The position numbers and the translations under genes were made by a program. Positions 36,619 through 47,890 of a DNA stretch of 64,000 nt are shown here, in pieces. Position 1 is the first letter of the stretch; every line of letters begins with the position of its first letter. Origin of the DNA: Lama glama (taxonomy: Eukaryota); the NCBI GenBank assembly GCA_028534125.1, contig CM052817.1, positions 39,124,001 to 39,188,000 on the forward strand. The letters run 5' to 3'. The notes under the pieces are model-generated. The model was given only the letters and a program-made list of their open reading frames with translations, had not been told where the DNA came from and ran no database searches.

Positions 36619-39059
36619 CATACAACCTCAAACCTAAGAAACACTATTTGTGATCTTGCCCCATCGGCTTCTTCAGCCCCGTTTCTCACTTCCTTGTGAG
36701 CATGCGCCTCGGCCATATTGGATTATTTTCTGGTTGTTGGATGTGCCATGTGCCCCCTCTTGTCAGAACCTTTGTTTTTGCTGTCTCTTTTGTGAAGGGT
36801 ATGTCCTTTCCTCCATCTCCCCCTGTCAAAACTCTTTAAGGTTCAGCTCCAAAGCCACCTTGTCAGTCATCTCTCTCCTTGCTTTGCTGTTAGCTCCTTT
36901 ATCCAGAGGCAATACTGTGTGTTCTAGATGAAAAGTTCCTTGAGGGCTGTACTTGTCTTCATCTTTGCAGCTCCTGAGCATTCCTTTCGAGTCTTGTACA
37001 AAGTTAACATGAATACATAAGATAGATAAGTGTTACAGGTAGGCAGACAGATAAAGGGAGTAGTAATGATGGATATAAAGTTTACTGAATGCTTAAACTC
37101 CATAATCCTGGGCCTCATCACATTTTTAAGGTGCAGGATAAATAAGTAATCCAAAGAGAATGTTAATATCGTTTCATTTAAATTTTCTTGCAATTACTGC
37201 CACCCTTGGATTAAAAAGAATCTTACTTGATTCTTAAGTTGGCATTAAAATGACTTGGATGTTACGACATAGTAATATGCAGGGAAAGCAGAGAAACGGG
37301 AATTGTTCCTAATGCCTTGAATGGAATTTAGATTTATAATGACTGAAAATATTGCACTAGAAGATACTAAAGACATAGTATGTCACTTTGATTTGGCTTT
37401 TGAGAAGGATTGGGAGGTGGCTAAGCAATAAAAAAGCGGACTGTAAGCACAGTAGCCTCATGTCTTTCGGGGGGCAGCTTGTACCCAGCATGGAGCTGCA
37501 CTGGATCTCAATTCAGAGAAGCTTAGGGCTCCTGTAGTGTTTCCCTCTTCAAAGCCCTGTGCAAACATGAACGAAGTTAATCTAATTAACTTATTAGCTT
37601 TTTAAGCTAGTGGTACCAATTAGTCACCTCATCAGACGCTGGCTCGGTCTCATCACACAGTGCTTAGCTATAAAGGGGCTTTCATCAAAACCCCCAGGAG
37701 TGCAACGCATGGCATTTGCGTGTGTTTTCCAGAGAATGGCAAAAAGAACCATGTGCGAGGCAATTACAGGGAACCCTCTGTGGGAAAACCTCAATCACAG
37801 GGACCGTTCTCTTCACCTCTTTCAAAAAAGGAAATCACGTGTTGGGTTTCATTTGTGGAAGTAAGAACCCTTCCCTTAACTTGAGCCTGGAGAATGATTA
37901 TAAATCTTAGACTCAATCCCTGGATGCCCACAGCAGAGAAAGCCCCCAAGCCACAGGGAATCAGCGAAGGTCTGGCAGTTTGGGTGGTATTTTTTTAAAG
38001 AGGGAGAAAAGGGGATTCAAGCCGAGTGCAATGAGAATAGTGATCCCAAAATACAGCCCTGAAGGAAGACTTCCAGAGAGACAATGGGGAAGGAATAAAT
38101 AAAAAGAAAGTTATAAATTCATCTATTTGCTCTTCCCTGACCCTTGCTTTTACTCCTCTTCACTGCAACTGCCCTGGGAAAGGCACAATACTTTCCCCTG
38201 TCACAATATTGAGAAAAATTGAAACGCGGAAGAAAGACCACCAGATGCTTTATTGTCTTAGACGTTTCCACGTAATTAGCTGGGGATAAAGGGCCTCTGC
38301 ATGGTTCCATTGCGTTGAATGAACTTGGATATTGCTACACAGTAGTGTGTTTTATGATTCATGCTCTGTTATCCTGTGGCTTTTTGAAAACTGCCAGCTA
38401 CTTTATCACTGCCGGCCAAGCCTGGGCCCACCACTTAAAATGCAGCAATGCAAAGTTAACTGTGCATGACAGATGTCCATGAAATTGTTTAACACACACA
38501 TACACGCTCACACGGAGCACAAAGCTGGCTCGGGCCCTCTGACGAGCCCTGCTGGCTCAATGTCCTTATTAAACGTAAATAAAAGTATAGGGCTGGGGAA
38601 GAAAGGAAAATTCAGGGAGCGACAGAAAAGAGAGCATATTTTAGACTGGTAACATCGGATGCATTTAGAATTTCAAAAGGCCCTTGAAAAAGTTAGAAAT
38701 AATGAAGTCATTGGAAAAGCTAAGGACTCGGGGTCCTGGGGGGAGGTTAGGTTAGGAAATTGGGTGTCTGAGGTCATCTTCTCTTCTCTCTGAAGTGATA
38801 TCACCCAAGTTTTCTGTCTCCTCCCTTCAGCCTCCAGTCCCGTGTGCCCTGGAGAACAGCTTTTTAGTATGGCCCCTCATCTGTTTTATACTTTGATGTC
38901 TCCTGTCCTAACCCTCCCATCCTTTAAGTCCCATGCATCTTATTATTTCAACTCTCCTGCACACCCCCCCTCTTCAATATCCCAAGTCCTTTCATGCCTT
39001 TGGCTTTTGCAAAAGGAATGTACTTTAACAGAAGGAAAGCACTTTTCTGGGGAAGCTAC

Positions 39060-39255
39060 CCCTTCTCCACTCTAGTTTTGCAGAACAATTTTTACATTGT
39101 GACATATATTGAGTTGTAACATTGACGTAAGTGCCTGTCTCTCTTGCGAGATTTGAAGCTCTTTGAGTACAGGCGCTGCGACTTACTCACGTTTGTGTGT
39201 CAGAGCTCGGTGTAGCTGCTGACGTGCAGTAGATGTTCGACCAGCGTCTAGTGGA
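39060..39255 (+). mobile_element. L2 3' end fragment
   Basis: gcctgtctctcttgcgagatttgaagctctttgagtacagg...gcagtagatgttcga. Confidence 0.55.
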
Positions 39256-39619
39256 CAGTGAAGCTGAGTGGGAGCCAAGTCCAGACTCTCCCAGAGTTTC
39301 CCAGGGTGAAATGCAAGCTTCCCGGAGTTTCCTGCAGTAAGGCTGCCTTCACCTTGTCGTGTGCATGTTACTTTTCAGCAGTGATATTTCTCAGAAAACC
39401 CTGATAGCTTATGTTTCTGGGTGGAAATCACTCAGAAAGGGTAAGGGGCTCAAGTAGACAGGAGCTAGGACTGAGATGGGTCAGGGTAGAGAAAAGCCCC
39501 AACCCCGGACCACACTATCCCAGGGCAGGCTGTGAAGGGGTGCCTCATTTTGGACAATGGCATGTGGTGCTCGAAGGTTTTACCCTTTCTCTCTGAATCT
39601 TTCAGTCACACCTGGCCTG

Positions 39620-39817
39620 CCTTGGGGTTTGTCTTCGTCATCTCTTCTCATAAGGACCCTGGTCCTATTGGATGAGGGCTCCACCCTTATGACCTCGTTT
39701 GACCTTAATGACTGCCTTACAGGCGCCATTTCCAAATACGGCCACACTGAGGATTAGGGCTTCAATAATAAATGTGGTGGTTGAGGAGGGGGAGACACAA
39801 ACATTCAATCCATATCA
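39620..39817 (-). mobile_element. MLT1A-like MaLR LTR fragment
   Basis: ctcttctcataaggaccctggtcctattggatgagggctccacccttatgacctcgtttgaccttaat...gacacaaacattcaatccatatca. Confidence 0.8.
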
Positions 39818-41414
39818 GGGATGTCTGTAGAAAGTTGCCATTGAAGTTTTTGGGTAATTAAATGAAGCTCCAAGTAGAGTATCATGTAGCAGCCAAGGGA
39901 GGCAGAGAACTTTCCTCAGTAAGTCTAGAGTTATACCTGAGAGGCTACCTGTCGTCCGGCCTGACTCCGCCTTGGCGCCTCCCACTTGTACCTCCTCTTC
40001 TTCCCCCTTCCCTGCCATGAGTTCTCCTGGCACTCACGACTCCCAGCAGAGAAGCAAATGCCGACTCACTTCTGGAGGTGGGCATTCGTGGTTTAGATCT
40101 TCATGCTCTCCTTCTCTCTTCCTTACACCTCATTCTTTTGATCAAAATTTACCTTTTGTTTCCTTTAGTTGGGAGCATCTGTTCCTCACTCCTCATGTGA
40201 TTCTTGGTGGAAGTGGTTGCTAAAAACTCTGTGTTTTAATGCACCCAGGGATTGCAGGTTTGCATTTTATTATGTCCTTATGGGGTTAGTAGCTTATAAC
40301 TCTCTTTAGAGGAGGGACTCCAGTGATGGAAATCTTAAGCACCAGAAGAGGATTCTGTAGGAGTCTGTTAGCAATGGGGAGAAGAGGAGACTCGCCCCAG
40401 TAGGCAGCCATCTCGTGTGTCCGTGCATGGGCATCTGCTCTTTTCTAAAACTCTTCAGTGTTCACAGCCAACCAACAATAATCAAAAAATGCCCTCATAA
40501 AAAAAGGCCAGGGGACGCACATACTCACGGTGCTGGAATAGAAACATGGGGTAATATAAGCATAAATACAGTGTACTGTGAAGAAACGACCTTCAGAATC
40601 TCTAGACTTTTTTTGAAATACAAAAGCAAAGAACTCTGTGGAAACAAAATGAGGAAACTTCAGCAGAATTTCACTGTGAGGATTTTGAGTTTTCATTCTC
40701 CATTTTCCCTCCCTCTTTTCCTTAACTTACGACATCAAGGAGAAAGGCAACCCCCTCCGCTGGCTGGCGGCCAGCAGTCAGCCCCAGTTGTGTTGGCAGG
40801 GCTCTGCGTGATGGGATGTACGTACTACGTAGCGCGCCAGCTCCCCTCCTTCCTGAAAGCGGGGTTTCAGCAAAGCTTTGCAAGGGAGTTTAGTCTTTTG
40901 TGCTGTGGCAGCCTAATCCACGGTTTACAAAGAGCCTCTTGATAAATCGGAATACTCCTGTACCCAACAGCCACAACTCAGAGGGGAGGGAACTCATGGA
41001 CGCCTTACCCTCTAGTCCAAGAAGTTAATTTTTAGGCTTTTGTTGACATCTTTCCATATGATTATACATTGTTGTTCTTTATGAGAGATTAATGCCTCAA
41101 AAAAGGGAATATGCTTCCGATAATGGCCTTTTAATCTGGAGTGGTTTAATGCGCCTTGTAAAGTCCTTTCTGGTATGTTTTTAAGATTGTGCACTGAAGG
41201 ATTATTCGTATTTATATGTGGTTAGAAATACTTGAGTAAAAAAGAAAAAAACTCTAAACTTTTGCTTAACTTTCACAACTTATCATTATTAAAAGAATGA
41301 AACTCTATGTTTCCTTATAAACCTGTTTACCCCTCTGGAGAAGCATAAAGGATCTCACTAGGGTGCCGATTAAATCTTGGGGAGAGAACAGAAAATGTAT
41401 GAGGTCTCCAGGTG

Positions 41415-41630
41415 CTCATGTGTGCGTGTTTGTGTACATGTTGTATGTGAGTTGTGTGGGGGTCGGATGTGTATTATGCATGTGAATCGTGAGCATGTGG
41501 GGGTTGTGTGCATTTTTTGCATGTTGGACTGTGTGCGTTTGCATGGGGGCTGTGGGCGTGTGTGGGCTGGGTGTGAGTGTGGGGACCGTGTGAGTGTGTG
41601 TCTGTGTGCCTATGTGCGGACTGTGGGTGG
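41415..41630. repeat. Degenerate (TG)n low-complexity tract
   Basis: GT-rich with interrupted tgtg runs. Confidence 0.8.
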
Positions 41631-43799
41631 CCTGCTCAACATTTTGGTGGATGTTTCATTCCCACCCCTTTTACTATGACCCTGGTCAGAACACTTTTAT
41701 ACCCGTGACAGCTTCATGAAGCACAAAACATGGAGCAATACATGGCATGAAATTGGCAACAAAGCCGAGCAAAAGGAGGAACAATTCTCTGGCAGGATGT
41801 GTTCACAATATGGCTGATTGGATCTGGAAGCAGATGCCAGCAGCGGGTATTGTCCCGGTGACTGAAAAGACATGACCCCTGAGAAACCAAAGACAAGGAG
41901 ACTCTCCTCCCGAACCAAGGGGGAGGGGAGAAGAGGTGAAACCAATGAATAAATCAGGCAATGAAAACCGGGGAGAAAAGAAAATGCTAACGAGGACTTT
42001 TTATGGGGAAAAGGGGGCAGTTCAGTATGCAGTCGCTCTGGCTCCCCGGCTAGCTGAACACTTTCTCAGACAATGGCTTTTTAACAGATGGGAGACCCAG
42101 TGAAAGAAGCCAACTTTTGCACAGTGGAGAATCCCTGTTTGTTTAGTCTGCTGCTGGGCAGGTGTCTAGAGAAAGGCGATCCAGCAGGTTAAGTGCTTCG
42201 GTGCCAGTTTCATACAGAGCAGCCAGGACGTCAGAGGCGACTGGTTTTAGTGGGGAGGACTGGGCTTCTTAGACCGGTTTGTGAAATTCTGCAGAAAGGA
42301 AGTGGACTGGAAGCTGCCTTCTCAAGTCCAGCTCTCCCCCCTCGCTCTCCCCCTACTCACTCCCTCACCTCTCTCTCTCCCAGCCCTGGGGCCAAAAACC
42401 CTGTTGAAGAGCTGTCCATCAAGTAAAGGGTGAAGGAGGGATGGGAACACTGCATAGTATGCATTCTCAAACCAAACGTCGTATTTCTAAACACTTTTAA
42501 ACACACGAGGGAGATTAGGTGGGTTGAAAAGTGCAATGTAATCTTAGTTTCGTCAAATGCACTCTCTGAAATTTTAAATGTAGTGGAGAAGGCTTTGCCT
42601 TGTCCAGCGTATTCTAAAGCTGTTGAGATTTGCTCACTGGCCCCAAAGTTCTGTTCTTGGCTTCCGGTAGTGTCCAGGGCTGTGAACTGGCTGGAGGATT
42701 TTGAGAAGATAAATCGGAGCTTGGGCTGGAAGTCTGCGGACCCACTCTTCCAGCTCAGTGGCCTTACCCTCCCCGAGATTCTCAAGAAGGTGAGGTTACA
42801 CTTGTGGAAGACAAGTGGGGTGTTCTGTTTTGTAGAGAGGAAGTGTTCGGAAGCTTCTCCCTCATTCCTGAACGTACATATGACAGAGGCCAAAAGAATG
42901 TCCAGGTAGAAACCGGGGGCTTGGTTTCTAGCCTTAATGATACCATGAGGAGCTATTAGTACATGGTCAAGGGCGAAATGAAGGACCTGAGTTAGGTGGG
43001 TGGTGGGGATTTGACTCCCTTTTATTTGTGAGATGTGAATTGTATAAAATGGGAACAACAGCCCCACCGACTTCCTTACCCCTTACTACCACATGATCCT
43101 CGTGAAGAGTGTTTGATTCTCCATTTTCAATCACTTTATTCCTAACAGTGTAACAAAGGCATTATCATGTGGGTCAGTATTTGCCTCACTCTTGAGACAT
43201 GGTTCACCAGGGCTGGAGGCTTATAACTGAAGCAGTTCTGGTCACAGGCCTCCAGAAGGCAGGGCTTGGACATTCATAAGACAAAGGCCATTTTGAAAAG
43301 GTTGGAGAGAACGGTCATTGGAAACTGTAAAGGAAACGACAAACTTCTCATTACATGTTAATAATGGGGTTTAATACTTCATTTCTGTGTGATCTTACGA
43401 AATCTATCTTATTTTATAAAAATTTTAAAAAGAATTAGCTTCCTTTTCCATGGAGTTATCAGTTTGTTTGCTATTAATGTCTTTACAATATGTTGAATGC
43501 TTTTGACATAAGACCAAGTACCTCAATAGCGTTATCAAAAATGTTTAGTGAGTATCTTCTGTGTGCAAAGAGCCAGGTCTGAAGAGTCACAGGACAGAGC
43601 CCTGTCCTGAGGACCCATGAGACTCCGTCTCAATAAATACTTTACTCTTTCACTTCTTCCTTTGTGATGGTTCAGATATTACAAAAAGAGCATGCTTAAG
43701 GTGGATCAGGGGAGCCACAAGGGACATGAATACTGGGATACTTCGCTGCAGTATTTTCTCTGAATGTCATTCCTGAATAGCAACATTGATGATGACAAA

Positions 43800-44040
43800 A
43801 TTACAACTGTCATTTATTGGGAACATACAATATCAAAGCACTGTGCTAAGTGGTTTAAATAATCATTAAATTCTCCCATCCTCTCCAGGAGATTTCTCTT
43901 ATATTATTCCCATTTTACACATGAGATCTTAGCTTAGAAAGTTTAAGAAACTTCTAATCTTTTCATAAGCGGCAGAGCTTGGATTTAAGCTCAGTGCTGT
44001 CTGACTTCAAAGCCATGTTTTCTAACCATTTTACCCTGTT
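43800..44040 (-). mobile_element. MIR SINE
   Basis: gcactgtgctaagtggttta...attccccattttacacatgag...ggcagagcttggatttaagctcagtgctgtctgacttcaaagcc. Confidence 0.75.
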
Positions 44041-44390
44041 GCTTAGTTCTGCAAGGCTTATAAAGAAGAATATATTTCTTTGTTTAAAACTTATTTATCT
44101 GATATCTATTATGTGAAAAGAAAAGCATGTAAAAATCACAGGTGAGATTTTAATTAAGTAACAAATCTTAGGAGGGTCCTGCAGTGAAACACAAAGTGAC
44201 CAAATCTTGATGTATTTTGTCGACTGCATGAACCCCAGATGAAGAGAGACAGAAACGTCAATGACTTTATGTGCCAGTTCCAGTTATCTATGTCTGCACA
44301 GGAGTTTCACAGAGTTATTTCAAAAGGTTGAAAAATATGTGCTTTCACTATCTTCTTCATCAACAAAGCAATGACATAGAAGTCTATTTT

Positions 44391-44501
44391 TTATTTTTTA
44401 TGTTTTTAATCAAGTGTAGTTGGTTTACAATATGTTAATCTCTGGTGTACAGCATGGTGATTCAGATATATATATATATATATATACACATATATATACA
44501 C

Positions 44502-44548
<47 letters not shown>

Positions 44549-44655
44549 TGTATTTCTTTTCAGATTCTTTTTCATTATAGGCTGTTACAAGGTATTGAAT
44601 ATAATTCCCTGTGCTATACAGTGAGACCTTGCTGTTTATCTATTTTATATATAGT
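44391..44655 (-). mobile_element. Very short L1 3' end with an expanded (TA)n
   Basis: TSD agtctatttt at 44381-44390 and 44656-44665; T-rich tail; (TA)n at ~44466-44548. Confidence 0.9.
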
Positions 44656-45289
44656 AGTCTATTTTATTCTTGGTTATTCTTTCAACAACTACTCAAAAAG
44701 ATTTAGAGTAAAGATTTTTAGTGGTTGAAATGATTACTGATATGCCAAAACGAGATGAATGCTGAAATTCTCCAGGTAGGTGCTGTCCTCAAGCACCAAG
44801 CTGATTCTGCATTAATAAAGGGCTTTTCGGTGGAGATGAAGGTTTCTGGTCTTACGTGTCATTCCCGTCAAGCTCCTCAGTCAGCGGCCTCCCCGTGGTC
44901 CCTGCGTCACATTTGACATCCAGATTCAGTGTGAACATGATTCCGTATTTTGAATGAAAAAAACTATTTGAGATTTTCAGAAGAAAACAGGAATGGAGTC
45001 TCCTGCTATCTTTGTTAACTGTTTATGTGGGATGTGGTTATACAGTTCTTAACCACTACGAAGATGAGGGGACACAGAAAGGAAACTAGTGATCTTGTCT
45101 AAACGTCAGTTGGAAGGAGAATGCTCAGGTCAAGTCTCTGTGTTTACAAACTAAGATTTGGAAGTAGGTGATTCAGAGATCCCACTTAATCAAAATCCAG
45201 TTGAGAAAGAACTTGACTTCTACAACCTTAACTCCATTCTGTTGTATGGCAGAGATTTGGGCAAATGTTTCTATTGGTGTTTTGTAGGT

Positions 45290-45570
45290 ACTTATTAGAT
45301 AGTTGTTGAAAGAATGAATGAATGCACACCTTCTCTTCCATTAGCCTAGACTGAATGTTCCTTGAAGGCACAGACCAGCTTCTTTCTTTTACGGGTCTTA
45401 GCCATGTGCTGCACACTACACTTTAGTTGAATGAATATATTTGTTATCCCCATTTTACAGACAAGGAAACCAAGACAGGGAAAGGTTAAATAATTAGGCT
45501 TGTCACACAAGTAACAAGTGTTGGAGAGTCAGGATCCGAATTCTGGTTGCAGAGCAGGAGCTCTTAGCCG
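45290..45570. mobile_element. L2 3' end (~45330-45435, +) and MIR (~45440-45570, -)
   Basis: ctagactgaatgttccttgaaggcacagacc...gttgaatgaat; atccccattttacagacaaggaaacc. Confidence 0.65.
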
Positions 45571-45579
45571 TAACGATAA

Positions 45580-46128
45580 TGTACAGCAGATGAAAGACCC
45601 CCATAAAGTCTTTAACCATCCTCTTATCTAGAGTTGAAATGTTTGCCTCCCTCCCCCTGCATCTGCATCAGTTCTGTGACTTCTTGGGTCCATAGAATAT
45701 AGAGGAAATAATAGTATCAACCATTTCTGGGTCTAGGATTTAAAAGATTGGCTGTTTTCACTTCCTGTCTCTTTAGGGTACTTGAGGCGCCATGTGAACA
45801 GTCTGACTACCCTGGTAGTCTCGCAAAGGGGCTCCAGCTGAGATTCTAGCTGCGTCTGGCTTTCCAGACATCCCCACTAAAACACTAGACACATGGCTGA
45901 AGCCATCCAGTCTAGCCCCTCTGCCAGCCGAGTACCACCAAGGGACCTCAGTCCATGCCATGTGGAGACACAAGAAACTTCTAGCTGGGGTCTGAATTCC
46001 TGACCCATGGAATTGTGAGATACAGAAAAAATTAACAAGGATGATGATGACACCACCACCACCACAACTTGTAGTATTAGCCACTAAGTTTGGGGTAGTT
46101 TATTATGTATAGCAATAGATAACTGAGA
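45580..46128 (+). mobile_element. Solo MaLR LTR (MLT1H/G-like)
   Basis: tgaattcctgacccatggaattgtgaga...gccactaagtttggggtagtttattatgtatagcaatagataactga terminus. Confidence 0.8.
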
Positions 46129-46889
46129 AGGAGGTATATATATGAATGGAAAGGTGTGGAAATACACAGACCTCAAGATGGAAGAATACTGTGTGAGGAA
46201 AAAGATAGAATTAATATTGTTGTTGGAAGTTACTATAAACTTAGTCATATAGGTGATTTAGATCATGCTTTCTTGACACAGAGGCAAAATATAGTGAAGA
46301 TGAATGACTTATCCTGCTAAGATGGAATATGTGAGTAAATCTGGACTCTTTGCTAGTAATTTAGTTTCTTAGGTGGTAAAGGATGGAACAGAGAGCTGAT
46401 CCTTAACTTCAGGCTTCTACCTGGAGGTCCAACAGGTGTCTCAAATTTAACATGTCCAATAGCAACGCCAAGTTTTCACTTTTTCTTCCTCAGACTACTT
46501 CTCCTTCAGTCTTACATATTTCAGCAGATGACAACCATATTTTCCAGTTTCTCAGGTTCAAAACTTTGAAGTTTTTGACTAAACCCATATCCAGTATTCA
46601 CTCCATCTGCATTTTTATCTACATTACCTTCAAATTGTAGCAATTCTAGGGGAAAGCAACAAGTTTTGTGTGGGAAAAAAAAATGAGTACCATGGTCAAT
46701 TATATTTGAAAAATTGATGAGTTTTTATTTTTTTGTAAGATTAAAAGAGTAGGGCCACTCCAGTTTAGGATAACATGCTTTATGATTCAGACAGTTTTTC
46801 TTCTCCCCAAATTATTTGACTAGGATTACTGTTACATGGAATTAACTTGGGGAAAACTGCTCTAGGCACTATATATCCTATATTCAGTA

Positions 46890-47335
46890 AAATATTTAAT
46901 AGTTTTTATGACATTGTTGTGGACATGGAAGAGGAAGAAATGTAGGATGCATGACAATATTGTCAATGGTTTACATCTGGTCAAAGAAACAGTTACAAGA
47001 AGTGTAAAGAGATCAATTTCAGAATGGAGAGTTTTGTTTTGTTTTGCTTTTTTGGTGGCCATGCTTCCTATTTTAATTCCCGGATTAAATGGCAATATGG
47101 CAGCCTAGCAAATTTGTAGATGCTCACAAAATTGGGAGTGCTAGCTAATACATTGGGTAGGTTCAAAATATTTTCCTTAGATTGAAATATTGAATTGGAA
47201 GCATCAAGATGATATTGTGCAGGTGTAAGTAGAAAAAAAATTCTACATACATAATTTTCAAGAGAAGTATGCTGATTAAATATAAGATTGAGGTAAACTT
47301 GGCTTGACAACAGTTTCTGTAAAAAAGACAAGTTC
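46890..47335 (+). mobile_element. CR1/L3 LINE relic (RT region)
   Basis: aaatttgtagatgctcacaaaattgggagtgctagctaata is a degenerate KFADDTKLG; ttggcttgacaacagtttctgtaaaaaagac also matches recalled L3. Confidence 0.6.
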
Positions 47336-47429
47336 ATGCAGTTGCAAAAAATACTTATGCAAAATTGAACTGCATTTATAGAAAACTCTAGATAAACTGA
47401 TTTGATAAATATATGTATACCTATTGTAA

Positions 47430-47590
47430 ACTTGCAACAACACGGATGGACCAGGAGGATATGATGTGAAGTGAAATGAATCAGAGAAAGACAAATACTG
47501 AATTTTTTCACTTACACGTGCAATCTAAAAAACAAAACAAAAAAATGAACAAACATAACAAAACTGAAATAGACTCATAGACACAGAAGA
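47430..47590 (+). mobile_element. L1 ORF2-end/3'UTR fragment
   Basis: ttgcaacaacacggatggacc...agtgaaatgaatcagagaaagacaaatac...agactcatagacacaga. Confidence 0.8.
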
Positions 47591-47599
47591 CAGTGGAAA

Positions 47600-47890
47600 T
47601 GCGCTGACATGGACGAACGGGATGTTCTTTTAGAGGGAGCGTTGGCAGGGCTTGTTGGCAGATGTGTATTTGGCAGTGAGCAGTTGGTGAGTGGTGGGAC
47701 ATTTGCTGAGCTGAAGAAGACTGGTGCTAGTTATTGTAGAGGTGGGGGAATAAAGAGTCCTAATCTGAATATGTCAACTTTGTGGTACCAATTAGATATC
47801 CAAATGGAGCTATTAAGTAGGCAGAGAGATACACATATCTGAAGTATGGAAGAAGGATTAGAACTCAATGTATGAGGTTTGCAGTCAGTG
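47600..47890 (-). mobile_element. L2 relic
   Basis: agatatccaaatggagctattaagtaggcag...ctgagctgaagaagactgg. Confidence 0.55.

Noticed and set aside
40415..40942. 175-aa ORF and small CpG cluster at ~40760-40860
   Set aside because: GTG start, no recognisable domain, length near chance expectation.
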